Source of the DNA: Eledone cirrhosa
Lineage: Eukaryota
DNA: 64,000 nt
Reading direction: 5' to 3'
Assembly: GCA_964016885.1 (NCBI GenBank)
Contig: OZ024765.1
Coordinates: 19,654,001-19,718,000, forward strand
Both the position numbers and the translations under genes were made by a program. This document shows positions 12,522-27,344 of this stretch, piece after piece; position 1 is the stretch's first letter; the number at the start of each line of letters is the position of its first letter. The notes under the pieces were generated by a model. That model was not told where the DNA came from. It searched no databases and was given only the letters and a program-made list of their open reading frames with translations.

Positions 12522-12851
12522 CACAGGTTGTTGTCTATCCAGTACAAGTTCAGTAGTTGCCAGTTCATTTCACATTAAAGACCCAAACGCACACACACAT
12601 ACCCACACACACATGCACATACCCACACACACACACGCACGCACACACGCACACACACACACTCTACATTTGCAGAATCAGCAAATGTGTTTAAAAGCCC
12701 GACAAGCCAGAAACCAAGATGTCGTATGACAAACAAGTGTTGGTTAAAGCACAGATGATAACAATTACTATGTTGACACTGGACTGTTGTATATATGTGT
12801 ATATACACACACACACACATATATATGTATATGTATAAGTATGTGTATATA

Positions 12852-12895
<44 letters not shown>

Positions 12896-12990
12896 TATCT
12901 CTCTCTATCTGTCTATCTCTATATATATATATGTATATATATATATACATATATAAATATACATATATATATATATATATACATATAAAC

Positions 12991-13039
<49 letters not shown>

Positions 13040-13075
13040 TAAATATACATATATATATATTTACATATATACATA

Positions 13076-13123
<48 letters not shown>

Positions 13124-13158
13124 CGCGGAAAAGTAAGAAATCGGAGTACAGACCGTTA

Positions 13159-13203
<45 letters not shown>

Positions 13204-13345
13204 CATATATATATACATATATATATATGTATATATATGTATATATATGTGTATATATATATATATGTATCTCTCTCTTTCTCTATCTCTCTCTCTCTAT
13301 ATATATATATATGTATACATGCATACATACATATCTATATATATA
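11118..13345. repeat. (GT)/(GTCT) and (TA)/(CA) microsatellite field
   Basis: Direct inspection. Confidence 0.9.
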
Positions 13346-13434
13346 TTGAGTTTTGTGTACAATCTTTAGGCCGAAAAAACACAGATGTGTTACTTTAACT
13401 CTTAATGTCCTGTACTACATTAAGCCACCTCAGC

Positions 13435-16400
13435 AAGATATTCTGGAAAAGTACAAAACAGTACTGTGACAGCATCACACTAAATATTGATGTCCTTAAT
13501 TTAATACTGTCAAGTTTCACAACAATCTGTCCACTAGAAAAGGTATTATAAACATCTGAATCAACAAACTACAGGAAATCATATTAGCAAGAAATTCTTG
13601 AAATGCTGCAAAACACTATGACGGCATCACATTAAATATTAAAGTCTTTACTGTAATACTGCATATTTTCATAACAATCTGTCCACCAGTAAAGATACTA
13701 TAAACATTTAGTACAAAACAACACTATGACTACATCACATTAAATATTAAAGTCTTTACTGTAATACTGTAAATATTCACAATAATCTGTCCACCAGTAA
13801 AGATACTATAAACATTTAGTACAAAACAACACTATGACTACATCACTTTAAATATTAACGTCTTTACTGTAATACTACATATTTTCATAACAACCTGTCC
13901 ACCAGTAAAGATACTATAAACATTTAGTACAAAACAACACTACGACTACATCACATTAACCAGTAAAATCTTTACTGTAATACTGCATATTTTGACAACA
14001 ATCTGTCCACCAGTAAAGATACTATAAACATTTAGTACAAAACAACACTATGACTACATCACATTAAATATTAAAAGTCTTTACTGTAATACTGTAAATT
14101 TTCACTACAATCTGTCCACCAGTAAAGATACTATAAACATTTAGTACAAAACAACACTATGACTACATCACATTAAATATTAAAGTCTTTATTGTAATAC
14201 TGCATATTTTCATAATCTGTCCACCAGTAAAGATACTATAAACATTTAGTACAAAACAACACTATGACTACATCACATTAAATATTAAAGTCTTTACTGT
14301 AATACTGTAAATATTCACAACAAGCTGTCCACCAGTAAAGATACTATAAACATTTAGTACAAAACAACACTATGACTACATCACATTAAATATTAAAGTC
14401 TTTACTGTAATACTGTAAATATTCACAATAATCTGTCCACCAGTAAAGATACTATAAACATTTAGTACAAAACAACACTATGACTACATCACATTAAATA
14501 TTAAAGTCTTTACTGTAATACTGTAAATATTCATAACAATCTGTCCACCAGTAAAGATACTATAAACATTTAGTACAAAACAACACTATGACTACATCAC
14601 ATTAAATATTAAAGTCTTTACTGTAATACTGTAAATATTCACAACAATATGTCTACCAGTAAAGATACTATAAACAGTTAGTACAAAACAACACTATGAC
14701 TACATCACATTAAATATTAAAGTCTTTACTGTAATACTGTAAATATTCACAACAATCTGTCCACCAGTAAAGATACTATAAACATTTAGTACAAAACAAC
14801 ACTATGACTACATCACATTAAATATTAAAAGTCTTTACTGTAATACTGTAAATTTTCACTACAATCTGTCCACCAGTAAAGATACTATAAACATTTAGTA
14901 CAAAACAACACTATGACTACATCACATTAAATATTAAAGTCTTTACTGAAATACTGTAAATATTCACAATAATCTGTCCACCAGTAAAGATACTATAAAC
15001 ATTTAGTACAAAACAACACTATGACTACATCACATTAAATATTAAAGTCTTTACTGTAATACTGTAAATATTCACAACAATATGTCTACCAGTAAAGATA
15101 CTATAAACATTTAGTACAAAACAACACTATGACTACATCACATTAAATATTAAAGTCTTTACTGTAATACTGTAAATATTCACAACAATCTGTCCACCAG
15201 TAAAGATACTATAAACATTTAGTACAAAACAACACTATGACTTCATCCCATTAAATATTAAAGTCTTTACTGTAATACTGCATATTTTCATAACAATCTG
15301 TCCATCAGTAAAGATACTATAAACATTTAGTACAAAACAACACTATGACTACATCACATTAAATATTAAAGTCTTTACTGTAATACTGTAAATATTCACA
15401 ACAGTCTGTCCACCAGTAAAGATACTATAAACATTTAGTACAAAACAACACTATGACTACATCACATTAAATATTAAAGTCTTTACTGTAATACTGTAAA
15501 TTTTCACAACAATCTGTCCACCAGTAAAGATACTATAAACATTTAGTACAAAACAACACTATGACTACATCACATTAAATATTAAAGTCTTTACTGTAAA
15601 ACTGTAAATATTCACAACAATATGTCTAACAGTAAAGATACTATAAACATTTAGTACAAAACAACACTATGACTACATCACATTAAATATTAAAGTCTTT
15701 ACTGTAATACTGTAAATATTCACAACAATCTGTCCACCAGTAAAGATACTATAAACATTTAGTACAAAACAACACTATGACTACATCACATTAAATATTA
15801 AAAGTCTTTACTGTAATACTGTAAATTTTCACTACAATCTGTCCACCAGTAAAGATACTATAAACATTTAGTACAAAACAACACTATGACTACATCACAT
15901 TAAATATTAAAGTCTTTACTGTAATACTGTAAATATTCACAATAATCTGTCCACCAGTAAAGATACTATAAACATTTAGTACAAAACAACACTATGACTA
16001 CATCACATTAAATATTAAAGTCTTTACTGTAATACTGTAAATATTCACAACAATATGTCTACCAGTAAAGATACTATAAACATTTAGTACAAAACAACAC
16101 TATGACTACATCACATTAAATATTAAAGTCTTTACTGTAATACTGTAAATATTCACAACAATCTGTCCACCAGTAAAGATACTATAAACATTTAGTACAA
16201 AACAACACTATGACTTCATCCCATTAAATATTAAAGTCTTTACTGTAATACTACATATTTTCATAACAATCTGTCCACCAGTAAAGATACTATAAACATT
16301 TAGTACAAAACAACACTATGACTACATCACATTAAATATTAAAGTCTTTACTGTAATACTGTAAATATTCACAACAATCTGTCCACCAGTAAAGATACTA

Positions 16401-18130
16401 TAAACATTTAGTACAAAACAACACTATGACTACATCACATTAAATATTAAAAGTCTTTACTGTAATACTGTAAATTTTCACTACAATCTGTCCACCAGTA
16501 AAGATACTATAAACATTTAGTACAAAACAACACTATGACTACATCACATTAAATATTAACGTCTTTACTGTAATACTACATATTTTCATAACAACCTGTC
16601 CACCAGTAAAGATACTATAAACATTTAGTACAAAACAACACTACGACTACATCACATTAACCAGTAAAATCTTTACTGTAATACTGCATATTTTGACAAC
16701 AATCTGCCTACCAGTAAAGATACTATAAACATTTAGTACAAAACAACACTATGACTACATCACATTAAATATTAAAGTCTTTACTGTAATACTGTAAATA
16801 TTCACAACAATCTGTCCACCAGTAAAGATACTATAAACATTTATTACAAAACAACACTATGACTACATCACATTAAATATTAAAGTCTTCACTGTAATAC
16901 TGTAAATATTCACAACAATCTGTCCACCAGTAAAGATACTATAAACATTTAGTACAAAACAACACTATGACTACATCACATTAAATATTAAAGTCTTTAC
17001 TGTAATACTGTAAATATTCACAACAATCTGTCCACCAGTAAAGATACTATAAACATTTAGTACAAAACAACACTATGACTACATCACGTTAAATATTAAA
17101 GTCTTTACTGTAATACTGTAAATATTCACAACAATCTGTCCACCAGTAAAGATACTATAAACATTTAGTACAAAACAACACTATGACTACATCACATTAA
17201 ATATTAAAGTCTTTACTGTAATACTGTAAATATTCACAACAATCTGTCCACCAGTAAAGATACTATAAACATTTAGTACAAAACAACACTATGACTACAT
17301 CACATTAAATATTAAAGTCTTCACTGTAATACTGTAAATATTCACAACAATCTGTCCACCAGTAAAGATACTATAAACATTTAGTACAAAACAACACTAT
17401 GACTACATCACATTAAATATTAAAGTCTTTACTGTAATACTGTAAATATTCACAACAATCTGTCCACCAGTAAAGATACTATAAACATTTAGTACAAAAC
17501 AACACTATGACTACATCACATTAAATATTAAAGTCTTTACTGTAATACTGTAAATATTCATAACAATCTGTCCACTAGTAAAGATACTATAAACATTTAG
17601 TACAAAACAACACTATGACTACATCACATTAAATATTAAAGTCTTTACTGTAATACTGTAAATATTCACAATAATCTGTCCACCAGTAAAGATACTATAA
17701 ACATTTAGTACAAAACAACACTATGACTACATCACATTAAATATTAAAGTTTTTACTGTAATACTCTAAATTTTCACAACAATCTGTCCACCAGTAAAGA
17801 TACTATAAACATTTAGTACAAAACAACACTATGACTACATCACATTAAATATTAAAGTCTTTACTGTAATACTGTAAATATTCACAACAATCTGTCCACT
17901 AGTAAAGATACTATAAACATTTAGTACAAAACAACACTATGACTACATCACATTAAATATTAAAGTCTTTACTGTAATACTGTAAATATTCACAACAATC
18001 TGTCCACCAGTAAAGATACTATAAACATTTGAATAAACAAACCACATGAAACTACATTCATAAGACTTTGTGGAACAATACAAAACAACACTATGACTAC
18101 ATCACATTAAATATTACAATCTTTACTGTA
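13435..18130. repeat. 108 bp AT-rich tandem satellite (~41 copies) with longer diverged edge units
   Basis: GTCCACCAG at 13681, 13789 and onward; period 108. Confidence 0.95.
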
Positions 18131-18769
18131 ACTAGCAGAAAAACCACCCTTTGGGTAGTTTTCTGCTAGTATGTGTAGTATCCATATTGATGTTATACAC
18201 AAATATATATACATGTAGATATAATAAGTCAAATAAAATTGTAATTGACAATATACACAGAAATTGAAGAGAGACTGTGTTACACTGTCTTCTGTAATCA
18301 GTAAAGTAATCCATGATACATTTAAAAAAGACGATATTATATATAAACTGCATTACAGTGAAATGTTATGAAAACGAAAAAGGAGAAAATTAGCGACAGA
18401 AATATAAACGTTATATAACGATGCAAATATATGAATGTTTATATAAGTGATATGATATAGCATCCGTTATATCATAACCAGAAGTGTAGACATTTGAAAA
18501 TTTTAAAAGAAGTGGATCTTAAAATAAGCAATCATCTCTATACATATAAAAAGGAGCCTATGATAATGATGATGATATGAGTGTGTATGTATCTCTCTAT
18601 GTGTATGCATGTGTATGTGTGATGTTGGGTGGCTAGGCAAGTATATGAATTAACTGAACAAATCTCAGGCAGATTATTTATTCATTTTAGCGGTGGTGGG
18701 TAGGGCGTAGGGAGAAGTAATGTCACTGCATACAAAACATATATATATATATATATACATATATATAAA

Positions 18770-18813
<44 letters not shown>

Positions 18814-18953
18814 TGTGTATGTGTCTGTGTGTATGTATGTATATATACATATATACATATATATATATATCGGTACAGTATATGGAATATATATATATAT
18901 GTGTGTGTGTGTGTATATGAACATATATATATATATATGTATGTATATGTATA

Positions 18954-18983
<30 letters not shown>

Positions 18984-18984
<1 letters not shown>

Positions 18985-19300
18985 CATCATCATCATCATT
19001 ATCATCACTGTTTTACGTCCGTTCTTCCACGCTAGCATAGGTTAGATGGGTTGTCCTGTTGTGGGCAGTGTCTGGTCGGCTGACCATGCCTTGCTCATAC
19101 AGGAACTGATTTGGCTTGACTTCTACAGCTGGATGCCCTTCCTAACACCAACCTCATTTACAGTGAGTGCTGGGTGCTTTTCCGTGGCGTCTACACGTCC
19201 ACTTTACAGTGAGTGCCGGGTGCTTTTTTGCCGTGGCACCTCCACGACCACCTTGCAGTGGGAGGGTGTTGGGGCATATTGTCTATATGCTTCAGCTTGT
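18984..19300 (-). mobile_element. SINE B-related 3' portion
   Basis: GGTGTTAGGAAGGGCATCCAGCTGTAGAA motif and GGACGTAAAA...(GAT)n tail on the minus strand. Confidence 0.7.
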
Positions 19301-19382
19301 ACCCATGGGAGGTCGGGTACTCTGTATTACTGCGTGACGTATATATATATATGTATATATATATATACATATATATATATTT

Positions 19383-19425
<43 letters not shown>

Positions 19426-19443
19426 ATATATATATATATATGT

Positions 19444-20845
19444 CATCATCATCATCATCATCATTTTACGTCCGCTTTTCCCTGCTTGCAAGGGTGGGAC
19501 GGGTCTTATTCAGCACAGCATCTCTCCACTCGTCACGGTCCCTCGTCATCTCCACCTTGAGCTTCAATGATCTGAGGTCTGTTCTCACCACCTCCGCCCA
19601 TGTTTTTCGTGGTCTACCTCTACCACGTCTTCCTTCAACTGGCATTTCCTGGCACCTCTTCACCCATCGGTCATCCTCCATGCGCATCATATGTCCATAC
19701 CACCTCAGTCTCCTCTCCCGCACACCACACTCCATCCCTCTCAGACACAGTTTCTCTCTCAACACATTCATGCTGGGTCGTTCACGCACATTTACACTGC
19801 ACATCCAACGGAGCATGCTTGCCTCATTTCTCTCCAGCCGTCGCATATCTTCTGCGGTAGCTGCCCATGTCTCACTACCATGCAGCATCGCGCCCCTCAC
19901 ACAGGCATCATACAACCGGCCTTTCGTACGCAGGGAGAAACCCTTCTTCGTCAACAGAGGAAGCAGCTCCCTAAACCTCTTCCAACCCGTCCTTATTCTA
20001 GATACCATGGCCTCGGAACACCCTCCTCCCATGCTAATCTGATCTCCTAGGTACCGGAAGCCATCCACCACCCCCACAGCGCCCTCTCGCATTTGAAAAA
20101 TGTGTCTATCAGTGCGACTTCTACTGTCTAATTTCCCTGTACATCTACTGCATACATATTTCTCCCTGCCTGTTAGTTTGCCTGCCATCCCGCCACATCT
20201 CCCGTGCACCCAGGACCTACATTGTGTGCATTTTATAGAATTTATGCCAGTTCCTTTTCTGCATATCGAACATGGCCATTTCCCTGACGGAATCAGGGTT
20301 TTGTCCTCTTCTCCACTCACCAACACTCCCGTCTCAGCTAGATCTACTCTCAGTCCTCTTGCTTCCAACTGCTGTTTCCATAGCCGGAATTTATTCTCTA
20401 GCTCCTCTACTGATTCTGCCATAAGAGCCAGATCGTCAGCATAGAGAAGTTCCCATGGACAGCCAGTCTTAAACTCCTCTGTTATGGCTTGGAGGACTAT
20501 AATGAACAAGAGCGGGCTGAGGACCGAACCCTGATGCACTCCTACCTGCATCTGGAACTCCTCACTAAACTCCATTCTTACCCTGACTTTACTGAGAGTA
20601 CCTCTGTACAAAGTTTGCACTGTCCCCACAAGCCACCCCCCAACACCCAGCCTCCTTAGGGACCACCAGATGACAGATCGGGGTACCCTATCAAAGGCCT
20701 TCTCTAGGTCAACAAAGGCTAAGTATAGTGGCTTATTCTTCTCTAAGAACCTCTCTTGCATTTGTCTCACCAAGAAGAGGGCATCTGTTGTACTCTTCCC
20801 AGGCACAAAACCAAACTGCATCTCATCTAGTTTGACCCTTTCTCT
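19444..20845 (-). mobile_element. 5'-truncated RTE-clade LINE; RT ORF open but A>G hypermutated
   Basis: [29 protein letters not shown], Cys-rich insert, RLRWYGH; (GAT)n tail; 5' end abuts (TA)n. Confidence 0.95.
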
Positions 20846-20870
20846 ATGTATGTATATATATATATATATG

Positions 20871-20946
<76 letters not shown>

Positions 20947-21124
20947 TATGTATGTATATATATATACATATATATATTCACATATATATATTATATATAT
21001 ATATACATATATTTGTATATATTCACATATCATCATCATCATCCTCCTCCTCATCGTTTAACGTCTATTTTCCATGCTAGCATGGGTTAGACGTTATGTG
21101 TGAATATATATATATATAATATAT

Positions 21125-21225
<101 letters not shown>

Positions 21226-21377
21226 CATATATATATCTATATATCTATAATACGAAGAGGGTGTTTAACTGCAACACGCTCCAGTATTTTAATCCTTATA
21301 TATATATATATACATATATATATATACATACATATATATATATATATATACATACATACATATATATATACATACAT

Positions 21378-22045
21378 GGCAGGGTGTTTGTGGACCAGTC
21401 AACTCCGGGGAGGTTGAAGTCCCCCATCATTAAGATGTTGTCAGGGTGACACTCTTGGATGAAACACTTTATGCTGTTGAGGCATTCCTTGAAGCATGGT
21501 ACAGGCGTTTGGGGTGGCCTATAGAGCCCAACTACTAATAGGTTGTTGGTTTGACTGAATACAGTGACTGCCTCACAGTATCCATTAGTGAATATGTTCA
21601 TAGCCTCTGTTGAGAAAGAATTATGGACATAAATGGCAGTTCCGCCCTTTCTTCTGCCAGCGCGATCAGCACGGATGGCTTTGAAATTTTTCACTTTCAC
21701 CTCGGCTTCCAAGTGGAGGTTACTGAGATGGGTTTCAGTGAGGACGAAGAAAGGGATGTGGTTTGGATGGACATCAATCCAGTCCTCCAGGAATTTGATC
21801 TTCCATTTTTGAGTATTGGTGGAAGGGCTGATGCCTTGGGCGTTAAGCAAAAATGTAGAGGCGAGAGTGGATGGTTTTAATTGTTTTGGTGTGTTGTTAA
21901 TTTGTTTGTTTGTTAATGGCAGCAATGGGAGTTTGTGCAGTGGGGTGATAGTGGAGGGTGGTGCTGGGTGATAGCTCGAATGTTTTTTTCCAGTTCTTTT
22001 GCCAGATTCATTATGGCTAAAAAAGAGGAAGAAGTTTCCTGTTTA
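21378..22045 (-). mobile_element. Inverted 5' segment of a CR1-group LINE (APE endonuclease N-terminal part plus probable ORF1 end)
   Basis: LNAQG, LTETHL, DR...GGTAIYV, LYRPP, GDFNLP motifs. Confidence 0.85.
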
Positions 22046-23894
22046 GAAGACTCTACTGTTGGCCCTCTAATTGATGAAAATGGCACTCTTCAAGACAATG
22101 CTAAAACCATGGGTGAGATACTGCAGAAACAATACTGCTCTGTTTTCAGCAATCCTGATATGGCCGATCTGGGCTGTATCGGCGATGTTACTCCCCATTA
22201 CACCTTATCGGACATAACGTTTGGCGCCCCTGATGTCTTGGCGGCAATAAAGGAAATCAAGCATAATTCAGCAGTAGGTCCCGATAGGTTCCCTGCTTGT
22301 GTCTTGAAGGCGTGTCAACACCAACTTGCTTCTCCTCTTGCCAATCTGTGGCGGAACTCACTGGATGCTGGATATGTGCCAGAAAACCTTCTATCCCAGT
22401 CTGTTGTCCCAGTTTTCAAAAAGGGAAACAAATCCCTTGCCGTGAATTACCGTCCAATCTCACTCACCTCTCATATCATTAAGGTATTTGAGCGAGTGGT
22501 GAGATCGCGAATGACCCACTTCCTTGAGAGTAACAATATGCTGAACTCCAACCAGCATGGATTCCGTAATGGAAGGGATTGCCTGACGCAACTACTGCAT
22601 CACTTTGATGACATTTTGAGAGCCTTGGGAGAGGGTTCCAACACTGATGTTATCTACCTTGATTTCAGCAAGGCCTTTGACAGGGATGATCATAACATTC
22701 TACTGAGAAAGCTGTCCAATATTGGTGTCACTGGAAAGCTGCTGCAGTGGATCAAGAGCTTCCTGTCAAACAGAACCCAACATGTTGTAGTTGAGGGAGT
22801 CAAATCAAGCCCAGCCAAAGTCAGTAGTGGAGTCCCACAAGGCACTGTGTTGGGCCCACTTCTCTTCATCATCTATATTAATGACATCACTGACATCATC
22901 AAACACAGCAACATTAAAATTTTCGCTGATGATTCCAAGCTCCAAAAGGTCATCAATGGCGTGGATGACCGGATAAGCCTTCAGTCAGACCTACTGGCTG
23001 TTACCCAATGGGCAGAAAAGAACAACATGTTACTGAACGAAGACAAATTCGAACTGATCCACTTTGGAAAAGAGGATGCTCTGAAACTCCCGTACTCCCT
23101 TCCCTCCGGGGAAACTCTCGTGGCATCTAACAACATCAGAGACTTGGGAGTAACCGTGGACAGCAACATAAGCTGGACCACGCATATAAGCAGCAAAGTT
23201 GACATGGCCCGCAGAATGTGTTCCTGGATCCTCAGAACCTTCCAGTCGAGAGATTCCCGCACCATTATCCTTCTCTTCTCTACTTTCGCCCGACCACACC
23301 TTGAATACTGTTGTCCACTGTGGTCTCCCCACACGAAACAAAGTATCATGAAACTTGAAGCTCCTCAAAGGGCAATCACGAAAAAGATAGATGGCATGTC
23401 AGACCTTGACTACTGGGGTCGATTGGAAAACCTGAAACTTTACTCACTCCAACGTCGCCGTGAGCGTTATATTATCTGCATGATGTGGAAAATGTTCCAT
23501 CATCACTGCCCAAATGATGTTGGCATCGCCTTCAAGATACACCCAAGGCTTGGGCCCCGTGCTATCCGTCCCATTAAAAAATCTAAATCGCAACTCATAA
23601 CAACAATACGGCACAATTATTTCACCTCAATCGGCCCTGCTCTCTTCAACATCACACCAGGACACGTCAAAACAGAAACTGACCACACAAAATTCAAGAA
23701 GTCTTTGGACAAATTCCTCCAAGTAATCCCGGACAAACCACCCACACCCGGATATGTCTCCGCAAACAGTAATTCTCTTCTCGAATGGGCCATGGTGCCC
23801 AAATCCTGAATTGAAAGACTTCGCCAGGTGGTGCTATTAAGTTAGACATGGCCTGGGCCAATACTGGCCAAAACATTTCAAAGTTATTCAAAGT
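22046..23894 (+). mobile_element. CR1-group LINE reverse transcriptase, C-terminal domain and 3' UTR
   Basis: NYRPISLTS, QHGFR, YLDFSKAFD, SGVPQGTVLGP, FADD; ORF open to stop at 23809; ends at (TA)n. Confidence 0.95.
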
Positions 23895-23978
<84 letters not shown>

Positions 23979-24088
23979 CATACATCATCATCATCATCAT
24001 CATATATATATATATACATACATACATATATATATATACATACATACATATATATATATATATAAACACACACACACACATACACACT

Positions 24089-24120
<32 letters not shown>

Positions 24121-24361
24121 CAGACATACACATAAACACATACTCCAAGCTGTACACTGTGATACACTATTGCTTGTAATAAAGTGTTTACCCGCCCAAC
24201 ATAGCAATGTACTGAAGCAATCAGACAAGACTTTCTCTAGCATTTCCGGATGTTCTCAATAAAATATATAAAAAACAGTTGCAGGATTTATGATGTGTAG
24301 TATATATTCATACATACATGAATACACTCATATATATGTACACATATATATATATGTATGT

Positions 24362-24435
<74 letters not shown>

Positions 24436-24522
24436 ATATATATATATATATATGGATATATATATATATATATATATGGATATATATATATATATATGTA
24501 TGTATATATATCCATATATATG

Positions 24523-24563
<41 letters not shown>

Positions 24564-24664
24564 ATATATATATATGTATATGTATATATATATATGTATG
24601 TATATATATATATCCATATATATCTATATATATATGTATATATATATATATATCCATATATATC

Positions 24665-24725
<61 letters not shown>

Positions 24726-24729
24726 GTAC

Positions 24730-24798
<69 letters not shown>

Positions 24799-24964
24799 CA
24801 CACACACATCTCTTACATACATGTATATATATATACATGTATGTAAGATATATATACATATATATATACATATATATTTATATATATATTGATATATATA
24901 TATATATATAAATATATATATATATGTATATGTATAAATATATATATATATATATACATACATG

Positions 24965-25021
<57 letters not shown>

Positions 25022-25741
25022 ACATATATATGAACTATATATATTATGTACATATATATGTACTATATACATATATATATGTACATATATATATATAAAT
25101 ACATATGTACTATACATATATATATTTGTGGTGTGACTATATGAAAGAGCTGTTGTCAAATTGCGGAACAGACATCATGTTTATATTCTACTTGCTTGTT
25201 TGTTTATAGATATTTTATGTCTCCTATTAATTCTTTATTATTCTCTGGATAAAGAAAAAAAACTTAGGAGGAGAGTAGGAAGGGGATGAAAGGGGTCGGG
25301 AGGGGATGAAAGGGGTCGGGAGGGGATGAAAGGGGTCGGGAGGGGTTGAAAGATGAAAGGAATGGGAAGAAAGTCAAACAAAGACACCGCTCTCTCTAGA
25401 TTATTACATTATAAGGAGGAGACTTAGTTGTTAACTGCATGCTTGTATTTGTTGTTTGTTTGTCATTTTAAACTTGTTTGTCGAAATACTACATATTGCG
25501 TATATGTATGGCTGTCTGTCTGTCTGTCTGTCTGTCTGTAAGTATGTATGTATTTAAGTTTGTATGTATGTATGTATGTGTGTATGTATGCATGGATGTA
25601 TGTTTGTATGTATATATATATATATACATATGTGTAAATGAATGTATCAATGTATGCTTGTATTTATGTATATTTGTTTATATATATATATGCATATAAA
25701 CTCCTTGAATTGCTCCCTAATTATAATATATATATATTTGC

Positions 25742-25772
<31 letters not shown>

Positions 25773-25815
25773 ATATATGTATGTGTATATATATATATAT
25801 ATGTATGTATATATA

Positions 25816-26203
<388 letters not shown>

Positions 26204-26490
26204 GAGAGATTATATATAAAATCATTGTTGACACTCAAAGTGACGAAAAATATTTATTTTTCATTTCCTGAATAAAACGTCACCAAACTCATTGTTATAT
26301 TTTACTATTTATCCGATTAAAAAGGCGGCAAAACTCCAAAGAAAGTTTATAAAACTGTCTTTGGCCTTCTTAATGTTTTCTTTCATCTCTTTCTTGAAAA
26401 TAAATCCCTGCAGCCCATGTACACAAGAACAACACGGCATCTTGTTTTTTCATGTGCTAATCCTTCGCTAAAATTCCTTTTATTCTGTTA

Positions 26491-26562
26491 CTACTCATCG
26501 TGTAATGGTTACCACTCTGGACTTTGTATCCAGTGATCAGAGTTCAAGTCTCGGTGAAACCT
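26491..26562 (+). pseudogene. tRNA-Gln(TTG) pseudogene
   Basis: GTGTAATGGTTACCACTCTGGACTTTGTATCCAG...GAGTTCAAGTCTCGG aligns with metazoan tRNA-Gln; anticodon arm intact, acceptor stem disrupted. Confidence 0.75.
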
Positions 26563-26574
26563 CTGATACTGGTT

Positions 26575-27335
26575 TCAGACTTTGGACAGTGGCCATGATG
26601 GGGTAGTGCCTTAAAGGGAGGTAGGTGATTATATTGATGCAGGTGGTCTGTTGTTGGACAGTGGTCATTCTGGGGCAGTGCCTTAAAGGGATGTAGGTGA
26701 TTATATTGATGCAGGTGTTCTGTTGTTGGACAGTGGCCATTCTGGGGGCAGTGCCTTGAAGGGATGTAGGTGATTATATTGATGCAGGTGATCTGTTGTT
26801 GGACAGTGGCCATTCTGGGGGCAGTGCCTTGAAGGGATGTAGGTGATTATATTGATGCAGGTGATCTGTTGTTGGACAGTGGCCATTCTGGGGGCAGTGC
26901 CTTGAAGGGATGTAGGTGATTATATTGATGCAGGTGATCTGTTGTTGGACAGTGGCCATTCTGGGGGCAGTGCCTTGAAGGGATGTAGGTGATTATATTG
27001 ATGCAGGTGCTCTGTTGTTGGATAGTGGTCATTCTGGGGCAGTGCCTTAAAGGGATGTAGGTGATTATATTGATGCAGGTGATCTGTTGTTGGACAGTGG
27101 CCATTCTGGGGGCAGTGCCTTGAAGGGATGTAGGTGATTATATTGATGCAGGTGCTCTGTTGTTGGATAGTGGTCATTCTGGGGCAGTGCCTTAAAGGGA
27201 TGTAGGTCATTATATTGATGCAGGTGCTCTGTTGTTGGACAGTGGCCATGCTGGGGCAGTGCCTTAAAGGGAGGTAGTTGATTATATCAACACCAGTATA
27301 CTATTACTGGTTTCAGTCTTTGGACCATGGCCATA
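26575..27335. repeat. 72/73 bp tandem repeat (~10 copies)
   Basis: Recurring TTGGACAGTGGCCATTCTGGGGGCAGTGCCTTGAAGGGATGTAGG. Confidence 0.95.
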
Positions 27336-27344
27336 CTTTGATCC

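Noticed and set aside
21935-22045. N-terminus of the 624 aa ORF as a genuine protein start
   Set aside because: It is the antisense read-through of the inverted LINE segment
24135-24256. Possible extra minus-strand exon (HPEMLEKVLSDCFSTLLCW...)
   Set aside because: Atypical GAG acceptor and phases do not fit the neighbouring exons
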